A stretch of 32,000 nt of DNA from Zymomonas mobilis subsp. mobilis ATCC 10988. GTDB lineage: Bacteria; Pseudomonadota; Alphaproteobacteria; Sphingomonadales; Sphingomonadaceae. Positions 19,949-28,335 of this stretch are shown piece by piece. The notes beneath the pieces were generated by a model that was not told the DNA's origin, ran no database searches, and worked only from the letters and a program-made list of their open reading frames with translations. Position numbers and translations under genes: made by a program. Positions within the stretch are counted from its first letter, which is position 1; every line of letters begins with the position of its first letter. Where the stretch lies: contig NC_017262.1 in assembly GCF_000175255.2 (NCBI RefSeq), forward strand, positions 1,890,001 through 1,922,000, written 5' to 3'.

Positions 19949-19981
19949 TCGGGAAAAGATATGCACTCATCTCTTTCCCGA
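19949..19981 (+). terminator. Hairpin downstream of the SLT gene; a possible terminator that lacks a U-tract
   Basis: TCGGGAAAAGAT (19949-19960) pairs with ATCTCTTTCCCGA (19969-19981) with one bulge. No T-run follows. Confidence 0.35.
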
Positions 19982-20100
19982 TCATCATCTGAAAGAAAAT
20001 AAAGAATATTCCAATAGGATATTCTAACGGGTTTTACCGTTTTTACTCTTGGTTATCGGCTATGCCATTTTGCGCAAGCATTTTGAATGCTGTCTATTTG

Positions 20101-20330
20101 CGGTATTTTTTATATATTATTTTTATAATATGGCTGTTTCTATTTGTTTTTAAACAACCATAATAAATAAATATATTTCTTCATTAAAAAATATTTATAC
20201 ACAATAATATTATTATTTGTTTTTCTATATATGAATCAATAAAACCTATAATGAATATTTATATGCCATAGAATAATAGCATTTATAATAAGAAATTATA
20301 TTCAATGATAAGAAAGATTTTATTCTATCT
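20101..20330. other. Extremely A+T-rich island in the spacer upstream of the hydrolase gene
   Basis: Hand count gives 36 G/C in 230 nt (about 16% G+C). The 60-nt block 20161-20220 has only 5 G/C. Confidence 0.6.
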
Positions 20331-20479
20331 ACTCTCCATTGACTCTGAAACAATACGACACAAATAGGCCTTGCTGTTGGTGCGCTCTCCTCGACACAAC
20401 AATAGTGATCCGTATCAGTATACTAGATTGACTACTGATTTTTGAAGCAAGCTGAACAGCACTCACAGGAGTGAAGCAA

Positions 20480-21289
20480 ATGGCCAAAACTATTCCGATG
20501 CGTTGGCAAACTCTGGCTGATACCCCAAAAATGGTTGATGCCCTAAAGGGACAACATGCTGAAATCAATGGCTGTTCCCTCTACTATGCCATGGGTGGCA
20601 CAGGTGAGGAAACTGTCATCCTACTGCATGGGGGTATGGCAAATTCAGATTATTGGGGTATTCAAGCCGCTTTTCTGATGCAATATTATCGTGTCATTGT
20701 TGTTGATAGTCGCGCGCATGGTCGCAGTTCTACGGGCGATAAACCGCTAAGTTACAACCAGATGACCCATGACATCGCCAGCCTTATGGATCATCTTGGC
20801 ATTGCCAAAGCCAGCATTGTCGGCTGGAGCGATGGCGGCATACAAAGCATTATGCTTGCCGCTTTATTTCCCGAAAAAATCACCCGCATTTTTGCTTATG
20901 GCGCGCATATGTCTCTTGCAGGCTTAAACCAGAATTTTGGGGGTAATAAAGTCGTCAGTAGCTTCCTCGAACGCGCTGAAGAAGAATATCACCGCCTTTC
21001 ACCAACACCGGATAATTTCGATCAATTTTACGAAAATGTGCAACAACTCTGGAAATGGAAGCATGATTCTGCCTTCACGATAGATCAACTTTCTTCCATC
21101 CGTTGTCCGGCGTGGATTGTTGATGGTGATCGGGATGAGATGATTAACAGGTCACATCTTGAATATCTGTTCCAACATATTCCGGACAGCTCTTTTATGC
21201 TGTTACCTGATACAACTCATTTTGCCTTTATTCAGGCACCCAATCTATTTAATGCCGCCCTTCAAGATTTTATGTCCGTTTCAGGATGA
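20480..21289 (+). CDS. Alpha/beta-fold hydrolase
   Basis: AGGAG (20467-20471) lies 8 nt upstream of ATG 20480; the track GTG at 20471 is less likely. VILLHGGMANSDYW (oxyanion HG), VVDSRAHGRS, and the nucleophile elbow VGWSDGG (GxSxG). Confidence 0.8.
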   Translation: MAKTIPMRWQTLADTPKMVDALKGQHAEINGCSLYYAMGGTGEETVILLHGGMANSDYWGIQAAFLMQYYRVIVVDSRAHGRSSTGDKPLSYNQMTHDIASLMDHLGIAKASIVGWSDGGIQSIMLAALFPEKITRIFAYGAHMSLAGLNQNFGGNKVVSSFLERAEEEYHRLSPTPDNFDQFYENVQQLWKWKHDSAFTIDQLSSIRCPAWIVDGDRDEMINRSHLEYLFQHIPDSSFMLLPDTTHFAFIQAPNLFNAALQDFMSVSG

Positions 21290-21314
21290 TATAATCATTT
21301 TCCAAGCCACACAT

Positions 21315-21347
21315 AAAAGCAGGTGCCTCAAAACACCTGCTTTTTTA
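21315..21347 (+). terminator. Rho-independent terminator of the hydrolase gene
   Basis: Stem AGCAGGTG (21318-21325) / CACCTGCT (21334-21341), followed by TTTTTT. Confidence 0.75.
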
Positions 21348-21492
21348 CGTCTACCACTCGCTACTATCAAAAAATATTCCGGTTGATCGCTAAAAGATAA
21401 ACTTTAATACGGCAAAATATTTACAAGCTATTTTCCTATATCAAAATTATTAAAAAATTACGTTCTTGATATATAAAATTTTAGAGAGGGTT

Positions 21493-22821
21493 ATGTCGAA
21501 TAAACGAGACCGGACAGAGTCAAATCATTCGCAAGATACGTCCGATAATGCAGCCTCTCAATTGACCAAAGAAGAATGGCGCGCTGCCATACGCTTCGAC
21601 AGCACAGATATCGGCTGGATTGTTATGAGTATCGGCATGGCAATCGGGGCAGGGATCGTCTTCCTCCCAGTTCAAGTCGGCTTGATGGGCATTTGGGTTT
21701 TCCTGCTTTCTGCCGTTGTCGGTTATCCCGGCATGTATATGTTTCAGCGGTTATTTATAAATACGCTGGCATCGGCTACCGTCAGTCAAACTTATCCAGA
21801 TATGATTTCTAGCTATTTAGGGCGCAAATGGGGGCTTTTTCTGGGTGCGCTTTATTTCGTCATGCTAACCATCTGGATGTTCATCTACGCTACTGCCATC
21901 ACACGGGATAGCGCCTCTTACCTACAGAGTTTTGGTGTTACCCATAAACTCCTGTCCCAAACTTCATGGTATCCGCTTGTTCTCATGATTATTCTGGTGG
22001 CACTGGCTTCGCGTGGCGAACGGATGCTGTTTAAATTATCGGGATTAATGGTTCTGACCAAGCTGCTTATCGTGGCTGCCTTGGGAATATTTATGATTCC
22101 ACAATGGAATTTTGCTAACCTTGGTTCGGTTCCACCAACGGGCAGCTTGATTTCAAAAGCTATTATCACATTACCTTTTACGCTGACTTCTATTCTGTTT
22201 ATTCAGACTTTAAGCCCGATGGTTATTTCTTATAGAGCCCGTGAAAAATCGCCCGAAGTTGCCCGTCATAAAGCCTTGCGGGCAATGAATATTGCTTTTG
22301 CCATTTTGTTTATAACGGTTTTCTTCTACGCGATATCTTTCACACTTGCGATGAGCCATGAAAGCGCGGTTTCCGCCTATCAACAGAATATTTCGGCTCT
22401 CGCCATCATGGCACAAATATTCCCAGCCAGTTCAGTTGGCCTGATTGGTGTTGTTCTGAATATATTTGCAGTGATGACAGCCTTTTTCGGGGTCTATCTT
22501 GGCTTTCGTGAAGCCTGCGTCGGAATTTTTACAACGATATGGTCACGCTGGGTGCCTTCTGAAAAATTGCAAGGGCACTGGCTTCAATATGGTGTAATGA
22601 TTTTTGCCGTTTTACTGGCATGGGGTGCTGTTATCGTTAACTTGCCGGTGTTGTCTTTCACGACATTTTGCAGTCCGATTTTCGGGATCATCGGATGCCT
22701 TATTCCCGTTTGGCTCGTCATGAAGCGGCCAGCCCTGTCAAAATATCGTGGAGCAGGTCTTATCTTCATCGCGATCATTGGTATTCTTTTATGCCTGTCA
22801 CCTTTTGTGACATGGCTATAG
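21493..22821 (+). CDS. HAAAP-family amino-acid permease (SdaC/TdcC-like serine/threonine transporter)
   Basis: AGAGAGG RBS before ATG 21493; the track start at 21466 is a TTG extension. DIGWIVMSIGMAIGAGIVFLPVQVG near the N-terminus and KRPALSKYRG near the C-terminus parallel E. coli TdcC/SdaC (GTAIGAGVLFLP, KAPSLAKYRG). About 11 TM segments. Confidence 0.8.
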   Translation: MSNKRDRTESNHSQDTSDNAASQLTKEEWRAAIRFDSTDIGWIVMSIGMAIGAGIVFLPVQVGLMGIWVFLLSAVVGYPGMYMFQRLFINTLASATVSQTYPDMISSYLGRKWGLFLGALYFVMLTIWMFIYATAITRDSASYLQSFGVTHKLLSQTSWYPLVLMIILVALASRGERMLFKLSGLMVLTKLLIVAALGIFMIPQWNFANLGSVPPTGSLISKAIITLPFTLTSILFIQTLSPMVISYRAREKSPEVARHKALRAMNIAFAILFITVFFYAISFTLAMSHESAVSAYQQNISALAIMAQIFPASSVGLIGVVLNIFAVMTAFFGVYLGFREACVGIFTTIWSRWVPSEKLQGHWLQYGVMIFAVLLAWGAVIVNLPVLSFTTFCSPIFGIIGCLIPVWLVMKRPALSKYRGAGLIFIAIIGILLCLSPFVTWL

Positions 22822-22893
22822 ATTGATCATCGACAATCCAACCTATCTATCTTGTATAGGTATGTTTTTAAGATAAATGCTTCCAATTGATAT

Positions 22894-22930
22894 AGGAGGG
22901 AATGATTTATCCATTTCCTCCTTATTTTTT
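22894..22930 (+). terminator. Rho-independent terminator of the permease gene
   Basis: AGGAGGGAATG (22894-22904) / CATTTCCTCCT (22912-22922) with one G-T pair, followed by TATTTTTT. Confidence 0.7.
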
Positions 22931-23059
22931 ACAAAAAAACACCATAATGCACTGATTTCGCAACATTTATTTTGAAAATAAAATTTATATTTTTGAATCC
23001 TTGATTCATTCATTATTTAATTATATTTTACAAAAAATTACATATCATAAGACGTGTAT

Positions 23060-23281
23060 ATGATTTCTCGGCGTAATTTTTGCATCAGATTGGGCGTGAT
23101 TAGTCTTTTCGCGCTTATGCCGTTTTTTACCCATCAAGATATGCGTTCTGCGTTACCCAAAGCGCCCAATAAACAACATCTATTAGAAATCCAGAAGCAA
23201 GCCAATTTAGGCAATATCAAAGCCAAAAAAATTATCAGCGCTCTATCCGAAGGCCGTCAAGACGGTCTAGAGAATGAATAG
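23060..23281 (+). CDS. Hypothetical 73-aa protein with a twin-arginine-like signal
   Basis: MISRRNFCIRLGVISLFALMPFF resembles the S-R-R-x-F-L-K Tat motif plus an h-region. The RBS is weak, and the ORF converges on the porin gene. Speculative. Confidence 0.3.
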   Translation: MISRRNFCIRLGVISLFALMPFFTHQDMRSALPKAPNKQHLLEIQKQANLGNIKAKKIISALSEGRQDGLENE

Positions 23282-23301
23282 CTCTGAAGGCTAGCTTTGG
23301 T

Positions 23302-25083
23302 TTACTGGAAAGGAAAATAACGGAAGGTAACATAGAGGGTGTTACCGGATGTTGTTGGACGAACGGCATTAGCGCCAGAGAAAGCAAATTTCTTGATATA
23401 GGTATATTGTAGCCCACCCATGACGCTACCGTAAGAGCCATGAAGCATATGCCACCAGCCTCCCAAGGTAAAAGACGCTAACGTATGGGTCTGGGCATTA
23501 CAGACACCAAATTCGACATTACAGCCGCTTAAATCCTGATCGTCTATGCCATATCCATATTGGGAACCATCGGCACCCATATAACGGCGACGACCAGCCG
23601 TCTCGACCCCGCCATAGCTATATAACAGAATGGACGGCGTTGGATGTCCAATTAAACCCATTGCTCCAATAATTTCGGGGACAGGGGATAGTAACCCCCG
23701 ACTATTAAAACTTGTATCTGGCAACATCGTTGGGCCATATCGCCCGATACCTTCTCCAGCCAAAATATTACCGGTAAGCTGTAATTTATCTGCTATTAAC
23801 GGGACAGTCATGCCCGCACCGATACCGCCCCCGAAATGGGTGTGTTTTTCACTAGTCGTCGCCCCAACGGGGACAGACAAAGAGCGAAACCAACGAGCAA
23901 GTCCAAAGATTTCATAATGCCCGAACCGCGTATCAGCCGCCGTCTTTAACACAATATCCGGTGCCGGATTATAGGTGTAAACCGTATTGCTGTTCAGCAA
24001 GACACCACCGGAATTTTCATAAAATATTTTAGGACCCATTGTCTCGCCATAGGCCGCCGGTAAACGCCCACCAGAAGGCACGGACGAAGAAAAGGCAACG
24101 GTTGCTTGGGGATCTTCCAAAGAAAGGCCTACCCAATATTTTTTATTCCAGTCTTTTTCAAAACGGATTTGGGGCACACGGGTAAAGCTGATACCCGGTA
24201 TCTGGTTGTTATCGGTTACAGGGGGTAATTGTTCCTGTCTCGGTAATAGGCCTTTGCTATAATTCGTGACCAAACTCCATGCTTGCCCCATTAAAACATG
24301 GAAACCCCACTCATTTTGAGTGAAGGTGAAATAGCCTTGGCGCAAACGCGGGGTGTAACCACTAATCTGGATGCTATTGGTCGTATTGGCCGCGCCTCCA
24401 AAATCACTTTCCAGATAGGCCTGTAATTGAATGGATTTTGTCGGATCGGCCTCTAACAAAACCGAACTGCGGGTCAATTGAGACGACAGTCGTTCTTCAT
24501 CTAACCCATGATTGGGACTATTCGCATAAGGGAAATTGTTCCATGCGGTGGCAGGGCCACTGGTCATATTCGAGCTACGCCAAATATTCGATAGCTCGAC
24601 GAAGCCTCCTAACTTAACAGACACATTCCCAATACTGAAAACCGGCGGCAACCTGTCAACAGCCGTCTGGGTGATAGCTGCAGGGCTAGATGATTTTAAA
24701 TCAATAGAGGAATGAGGGGGGCTATTTTGACTACTGGCTTTGATGGGCGCGGTATTCGGGGGCGGTAAAGACATCCAATGCGGGGCAGGGGACAGCGATT
24801 TCGCACCGCTATCAGAAGAACTAGAGGGGGGCAGCTGACGCTCAGTATTGGTTTGAATAACGGCCGATTTTTCCTTCTCTTTTCTTTGTTCGATCGCATC
24901 CACTTTTTCCATAAGCTGACGGATTTGTAGTTTGATCGCGGCTAACTCTTGGTCGTCCTTTTCATCAGCCAAAGCTGGTTGATGAAAAGCGCCGATCAAA
25001 AGAAGCGCAATCATACTACCAAGGCCGGTTCTACTGGATTTTAACCGGCCTTTTAATAATCGAAATGTTTCTTGAAAAAACAC
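23302..25083 (-). CDS. Outer-membrane porin-like protein with an N-terminal coiled coil and a Ser/Pro-rich linker
   Basis: GTG start. Signal peptide ..MIALLLIGAFHQPALA. Heptad-like segment DEKDDQELAAIKLQIRQLMEKVDAIEQRKEKEK. Low-complexity linker PPSSSSDSGAKSLSPAP..SSQNSPPHSS. About 440 aa of alternating beta-strand pattern end in YVTFRYFPFQ. The architecture recalls DcaP-type trimeric porins (from memory, unverified). Confidence 0.7.
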   Translation of the reverse strand: MFFQETFRLLKGRLKSSRTGLGSMIALLLIGAFHQPALADEKDDQELAAIKLQIRQLMEKVDAIEQRKEKEKSAVIQTNTERQLPPSSSSDSGAKSLSPAPHWMSLPPPNTAPIKASSQNSPPHSSIDLKSSSPAAITQTAVDRLPPVFSIGNVSVKLGGFVELSNIWRSSNMTSGPATAWNNFPYANSPNHGLDEERLSSQLTRSSVLLEADPTKSIQLQAYLESDFGGAANTTNSIQISGYTPRLRQGYFTFTQNEWGFHVLMGQAWSLVTNYSKGLLPRQEQLPPVTDNNQIPGISFTRVPQIRFEKDWNKKYWVGLSLEDPQATVAFSSSVPSGGRLPAAYGETMGPKIFYENSGGVLLNSNTVYTYNPAPDIVLKTAADTRFGHYEIFGLARWFRSLSVPVGATTSEKHTHFGGGIGAGMTVPLIADKLQLTGNILAGEGIGRYGPTMLPDTSFNSRGLLSPVPEIIGAMGLIGHPTPSILLYSYGGVETAGRRRYMGADGSQYGYGIDDQDLSGCNVEFGVCNAQTHTLASFTLGGWWHMLHGSYGSVMGGLQYTYIKKFAFSGANAVRPTTSGNTLYVTFRYFPFQ

Positions 25084-25114
25084 GAAAACCTACATCCCAA
25101 ATATGTGATGAAGT

Positions 25115-26389
25115 TTATTTCTGACTATGTTTCCAGCCAGTTTCCCGCAAAAAGAAACTGAGAAAAATAGCCAACGCGATTCCCACGATCAGGGGCATAA
25201 AGCCACGATGGAAATCCGCGAGAGTCAGGTTTTGGTTATGCGAGCCGATCAAACCGGTAATCACAGGGGACATCAAACTGCTGGTAAGAAAAACCAGAAA
25301 GTTCATAATACCGGCGGCGGTGCCTTTAACTTCTGGCGGATTGACCTCTTTCATGACGGAAAAAGGTAACATTGCTGCACCGGAAGCAATGCCCATCAAA
25401 AGGGGCGGCATATAGGCGGGCAAGATCGCTGTTGGCAAATAAAGCAAGCTTATATAACTTAAAAGTAACAAGCTGCTTCCGCCGATTAACACCGGACGAC
25501 GATGGCCTATTTTATCAGAAATATAACCAATCAGGGGGCAGCCGATAACCCATCCCAATGGCACCATTGAAACCAAGGTGGCGGCTTCTGCAATGCTGAT
25601 ATGCTCTCCTTTAGAAAAGAAAGAGGCTCCCCAAGCTAAAATCCCGATTGTTGTTGGAGCAAACAGCAATCCCCCGATCACACCGGCCAGCCAGCTTTGC
25701 GGATTAGAAAAGATAAGCCGGAATGGCTGGATAAGACTTGAGAAATCCAGCTTCTGACGCTGTTCCTCTTCTTCGTCTTTTTTGCCATGAGGCATAACAA
25801 TAAAAGTCGATACCGTTAAAATCGCGCCAATAATCGCAAAAGCTATCCAGATTTTTTGCCACTGGACATGGAAAGCACCCGCTGGATCAAGAAAAATAGA
25901 AACCAATTTTGAACCAAAGGCTGCACCTGCCATCCCCAGACATTCAGTAAAGCCGACAAAAATAGCCAACATTCTCTGAGGTAAATATCGGGCAGCGATA
26001 TAGGATGCCCCCAAAAAAGCGAAAATGGAGCCGACTGCCTGCAAGGTGAAACCCGTAATAGCCAGCCATTCATAGCCACGGGCAAAAAATAGGCTACCTA
26101 TTGTCACAAGGGCGATGCCAGCAGGAATAGTTTTATGCGCGCCATAACGATCGAGAAGAAAACCGGCAATCAGTGCCATGCCTGCATAGGCAACATAATA
26201 AAGCGGCACCATAATACCTAAAGGATTATGCCCCCAATTTTCAGTCAAAATCCCTTGCATAATGCCGGGGGTCGCTCGGATCGCATATTGATAGAAATAG
26301 AAAACCGCACATAAAAGCCAGGCAAGAACGTAAACAGGATTCAAGGCTTGTTCGCTTTTTTGTGCATTTAAGTCGGTATGGCTTGACAC
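25115..26389 (-). CDS. MFS transporter (12-TM), substrate unknown
   Basis: Typical MFS hydrophobicity, with LLDRYGAHK in the loop 2-3 position. I place the start at GTG 26389 (VSSHTDLNAQ..). The track extension to TTG 26533 runs through AT-rich DNA and through the upstream gene's terminator. Confidence 0.8.
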   Translation of the reverse strand: MSSHTDLNAQKSEQALNPVYVLAWLLCAVFYFYQYAIRATPGIMQGILTENWGHNPLGIMVPLYYVAYAGMALIAGFLLDRYGAHKTIPAGIALVTIGSLFFARGYEWLAITGFTLQAVGSIFAFLGASYIAARYLPQRMLAIFVGFTECLGMAGAAFGSKLVSIFLDPAGAFHVQWQKIWIAFAIIGAILTVSTFIVMPHGKKDEEEEQRQKLDFSSLIQPFRLIFSNPQSWLAGVIGGLLFAPTTIGILAWGASFFSKGEHISIAEAATLVSMVPLGWVIGCPLIGYISDKIGHRRPVLIGGSSLLLLSYISLLYLPTAILPAYMPPLLMGIASGAAMLPFSVMKEVNPPEVKGTAAGIMNFLVFLTSSLMSPVITGLIGSHNQNLTLADFHRGFMPLIVGIALAIFLSFFLRETGWKHSQK

Positions 26390-26513
26390 GGATAAATGCC
26401 TTTTTGTGTTTTTTTGAAATACTAAGTTACAATTCAGAAAAAGTAAAAAATTTTCTTTATAAAAATTGGAAATATAAGATGATTGCTCCGATCGATTTGT
26501 GAGTCTTGATTGA

Positions 26514-26551
26514 ATAAAAAAAAGACCAGCCAACGTTATTGGTTGGCTGGT
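26514..26551 (-). terminator. Rho-independent terminator of the LysE-family gene
   Basis: Perfect 10-bp stem ACCAGCCAAC (26525-26534) / GTTGGCTGGT (26542-26551). On the minus strand it is followed by CTTTTTTTTT. Confidence 0.8.
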
Positions 26552-26606
26552 TAAACAGATTATAATAATTTTTGGAAAAAATAATAAATATTTTAATAAT
26601 TAAATT

Positions 26607-27263
26607 TTAAATTAAAACAAGTTTTGCCGCAAAAAATAGAAAAAATATTCCCGTAATCATATCCAAAATTCGGATAATTTTAGGATTGGCAAAAAACCTT
26701 CCTAAAGAAAGCGCCATTCCCGCCACAATCGAATACCAAAAAAGGGTCGTAACCATTTGAGTAACGACCAAGGCAAAGGAATAGGTAACCGCATTTTGCC
26801 CGACAGGAATAAAATGAGGAAAGGCGGTCATATCAAAAACCCCGACCAAGGGGTTTAAAAGCGTTGTTAATGACCCACGCCGAAAACCAGCATTGAAGGA
26901 ATCCGATGTTTTGATATCAGATTCAGATTGTTCTTCAGATAACTGCTCGGCTTCTTTTTTTGAAAAACCCTTAACCGATTGCCAAATCAGCCTCAGACTT
27001 AGATAGAGCAAATAAAGCGCGCCTGCCCATTGTATTACCGTAAAGGCTGTTTTCGAGGCAGAAATAATAGCGCTGACACCGAAAATAGTGCCAAAGCCCC
27101 ATAGACCAACCCCCGTGACAATACCCGCCACAGCCCCAATAGCCGCACGATGCCCAACGCTTAGACTTAACCTGATAATCAAGGCCGTTTCAGTGCCGGG
27201 CGTTAAAAGGATTAACCCCCATGCCGCTCCAAAGGCTAATATAGGCATAAGAAAAGATAGCAT
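26607..27263 (-). CDS. LysE/RhtB-family amino-acid exporter
   Basis: 218 aa with six TM segments and a central charged loop (KKEAEQLSEEQSESD). The N-terminal LLTPGTETALII is analogous to the conserved PGP motif region of the LysE family. Confidence 0.8.
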   Translation of the reverse strand: MLSFLMPILAFGAAWGLILLTPGTETALIIRLSLSVGHRAAIGAVAGIVTGVGLWGFGTIFGVSAIISASKTAFTVIQWAGALYLLYLSLRLIWQSVKGFSKKEAEQLSEEQSESDIKTSDSFNAGFRRGSLTTLLNPLVGVFDMTAFPHFIPVGQNAVTYSFALVVTQMVTTLFWYSIVAGMALSLGRFFANPKIIRILDMITGIFFLFFAAKLVLI

Positions 27264-27568
27264 GGTTGATATCGTCGCCCCCTTTTAGATCATTTTATTT
27301 TTTAAGGCTGACGGAATAGAACATTATTGCGGTCAATGAATAGCAACATCTTCTGAATCAGATATTACTTTTTCTATAAGAAAGATCGTTTTTTCTGAAT
27401 CTTATCGCACGAATAATGACGAAAATAGAGGGTGCCAAATCGCAAAAATGAACATTCTTGTTATCAATAATTCTGTCATTTGGCTTCCATTGAAATCAGA
27501 TAGCCCCCATAGACATGAAGCTTTTTTACGTTTCATCCCTATGGGATATGCCTTGTCTTTATCGTAGA

Positions 27569-28165
27569 TTAAGGCTCTTTTACCTTCTGGAATGAAGCCA
27601 ACCATCCATTGCGTTTCAAGGTGTCAATGAGGGTTGAGCGAGGTATCTTAAAGCTCCGGCAAACAGAAGCCTTGCTGGCACCGCTTTCAAGGGCGATTTT
27701 AATCTGTTCTAACTGTTCCTTGTCGATCGTTGGTGGCCGACCACCACGCCGTCCCCGTTTTCTTGCCGCCTCTAACCCCGCCATAATGCGTTCACGGGTC
27801 AAAGCGCGTTCATATTGCGCCAAAGCACCAAATAACGAAAACAGCAATTCACCATGGGGTGTATTCGTATTCATCTGTTCAGTCAGGGAATGAAAGGCAA
27901 TATCACGCGCTTTTAAATCTGTGATGATCGATAATAAATGAGGCAGAGATCGCCCTAAGCGATCCAGTTTCCAGACTATCAATTCATCGCCCGATTTCAA
28001 ATATTCAAGGCATTTTTTTAAACCAGGGCGATCATCTTTTGCGCCCGAAGCCTTATCAAAGAACAGATTCCGCTCATCAACGCCCGCCGCAATCAAAGCA
28101 TCTCGTTGTAGATCAACAGATTGGCGATCATCTGCTGATGACACGCGCATATAGCCAATGAGCAT
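27569..28165 (-). CDS. Serine recombinase of the small resolvase/invertase family (Gin/Hin/Pin-like)
   Basis: MLIGYMRVSSADDRQSVDLQRDAL..DRPGLKKCLEYLKSGDELIVWKLDRLGRSL..ALAQYERALTRERIMAGLEAARKRGRRGGRPP plus a C-terminal HTH (ASVCRSFKIPRSTLIDTL). Nearly colinear with phage Mu Gin as I remember it. The catalytic Ser lies in RVSS. Confidence 0.9.
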   Translation of the reverse strand: MLIGYMRVSSADDRQSVDLQRDALIAAGVDERNLFFDKASGAKDDRPGLKKCLEYLKSGDELIVWKLDRLGRSLPHLLSIITDLKARDIAFHSLTEQMNTNTPHGELLFSLFGALAQYERALTRERIMAGLEAARKRGRRGGRPPTIDKEQLEQIKIALESGASKASVCRSFKIPRSTLIDTLKRNGWLASFQKVKEP

Positions 28166-28335
28166 AAATCAAGAACCCCATGAAATTTGATATAGGGATA
28201 TCATTAACCAATCCGACTTTGTTTATCATGCAAATAATAGCCACTTTCAGAATATCGCTAAAAAACAACGCTCAAAATATTGAAATTTTGATTTCCAATA
28301 ACCGCCATCATTTCTGTTGCCTTTTAAGGCAATAA

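Noticed and set aside
20329-20568. 79-aa minus-strand ORF spanning the hydrolase promoter and start
   Set aside because: It is antisense to a well-supported gene start, has no RBS and shows no family resemblance.
26390-26533. N-terminal 48-codon extension of the MFS ORF (track start TTG 26533)
   Set aside because: The extension runs through very AT-rich DNA and overlaps the perfect 10-bp terminator hairpin of the upstream LysE gene (26525-26551). GTG 26389 gives a normal ~424-aa MFS protein.
27402-27605. 67-aa minus-strand ORF overlapping the 3' end of the recombinase gene
   Set aside because: It overlaps the recombinase C-terminus out of frame, covers the hairpin region and has no recognisable features. 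Likely spurious.
27541-28203. Short direct repeat (TAT-GGGATAT) on both sides of the recombinase gene as possible element ends
   Set aside because: Only a 7-8-nt match. My estimate is that several such matches are expected by chance between segments of about 300 and 170 nt.
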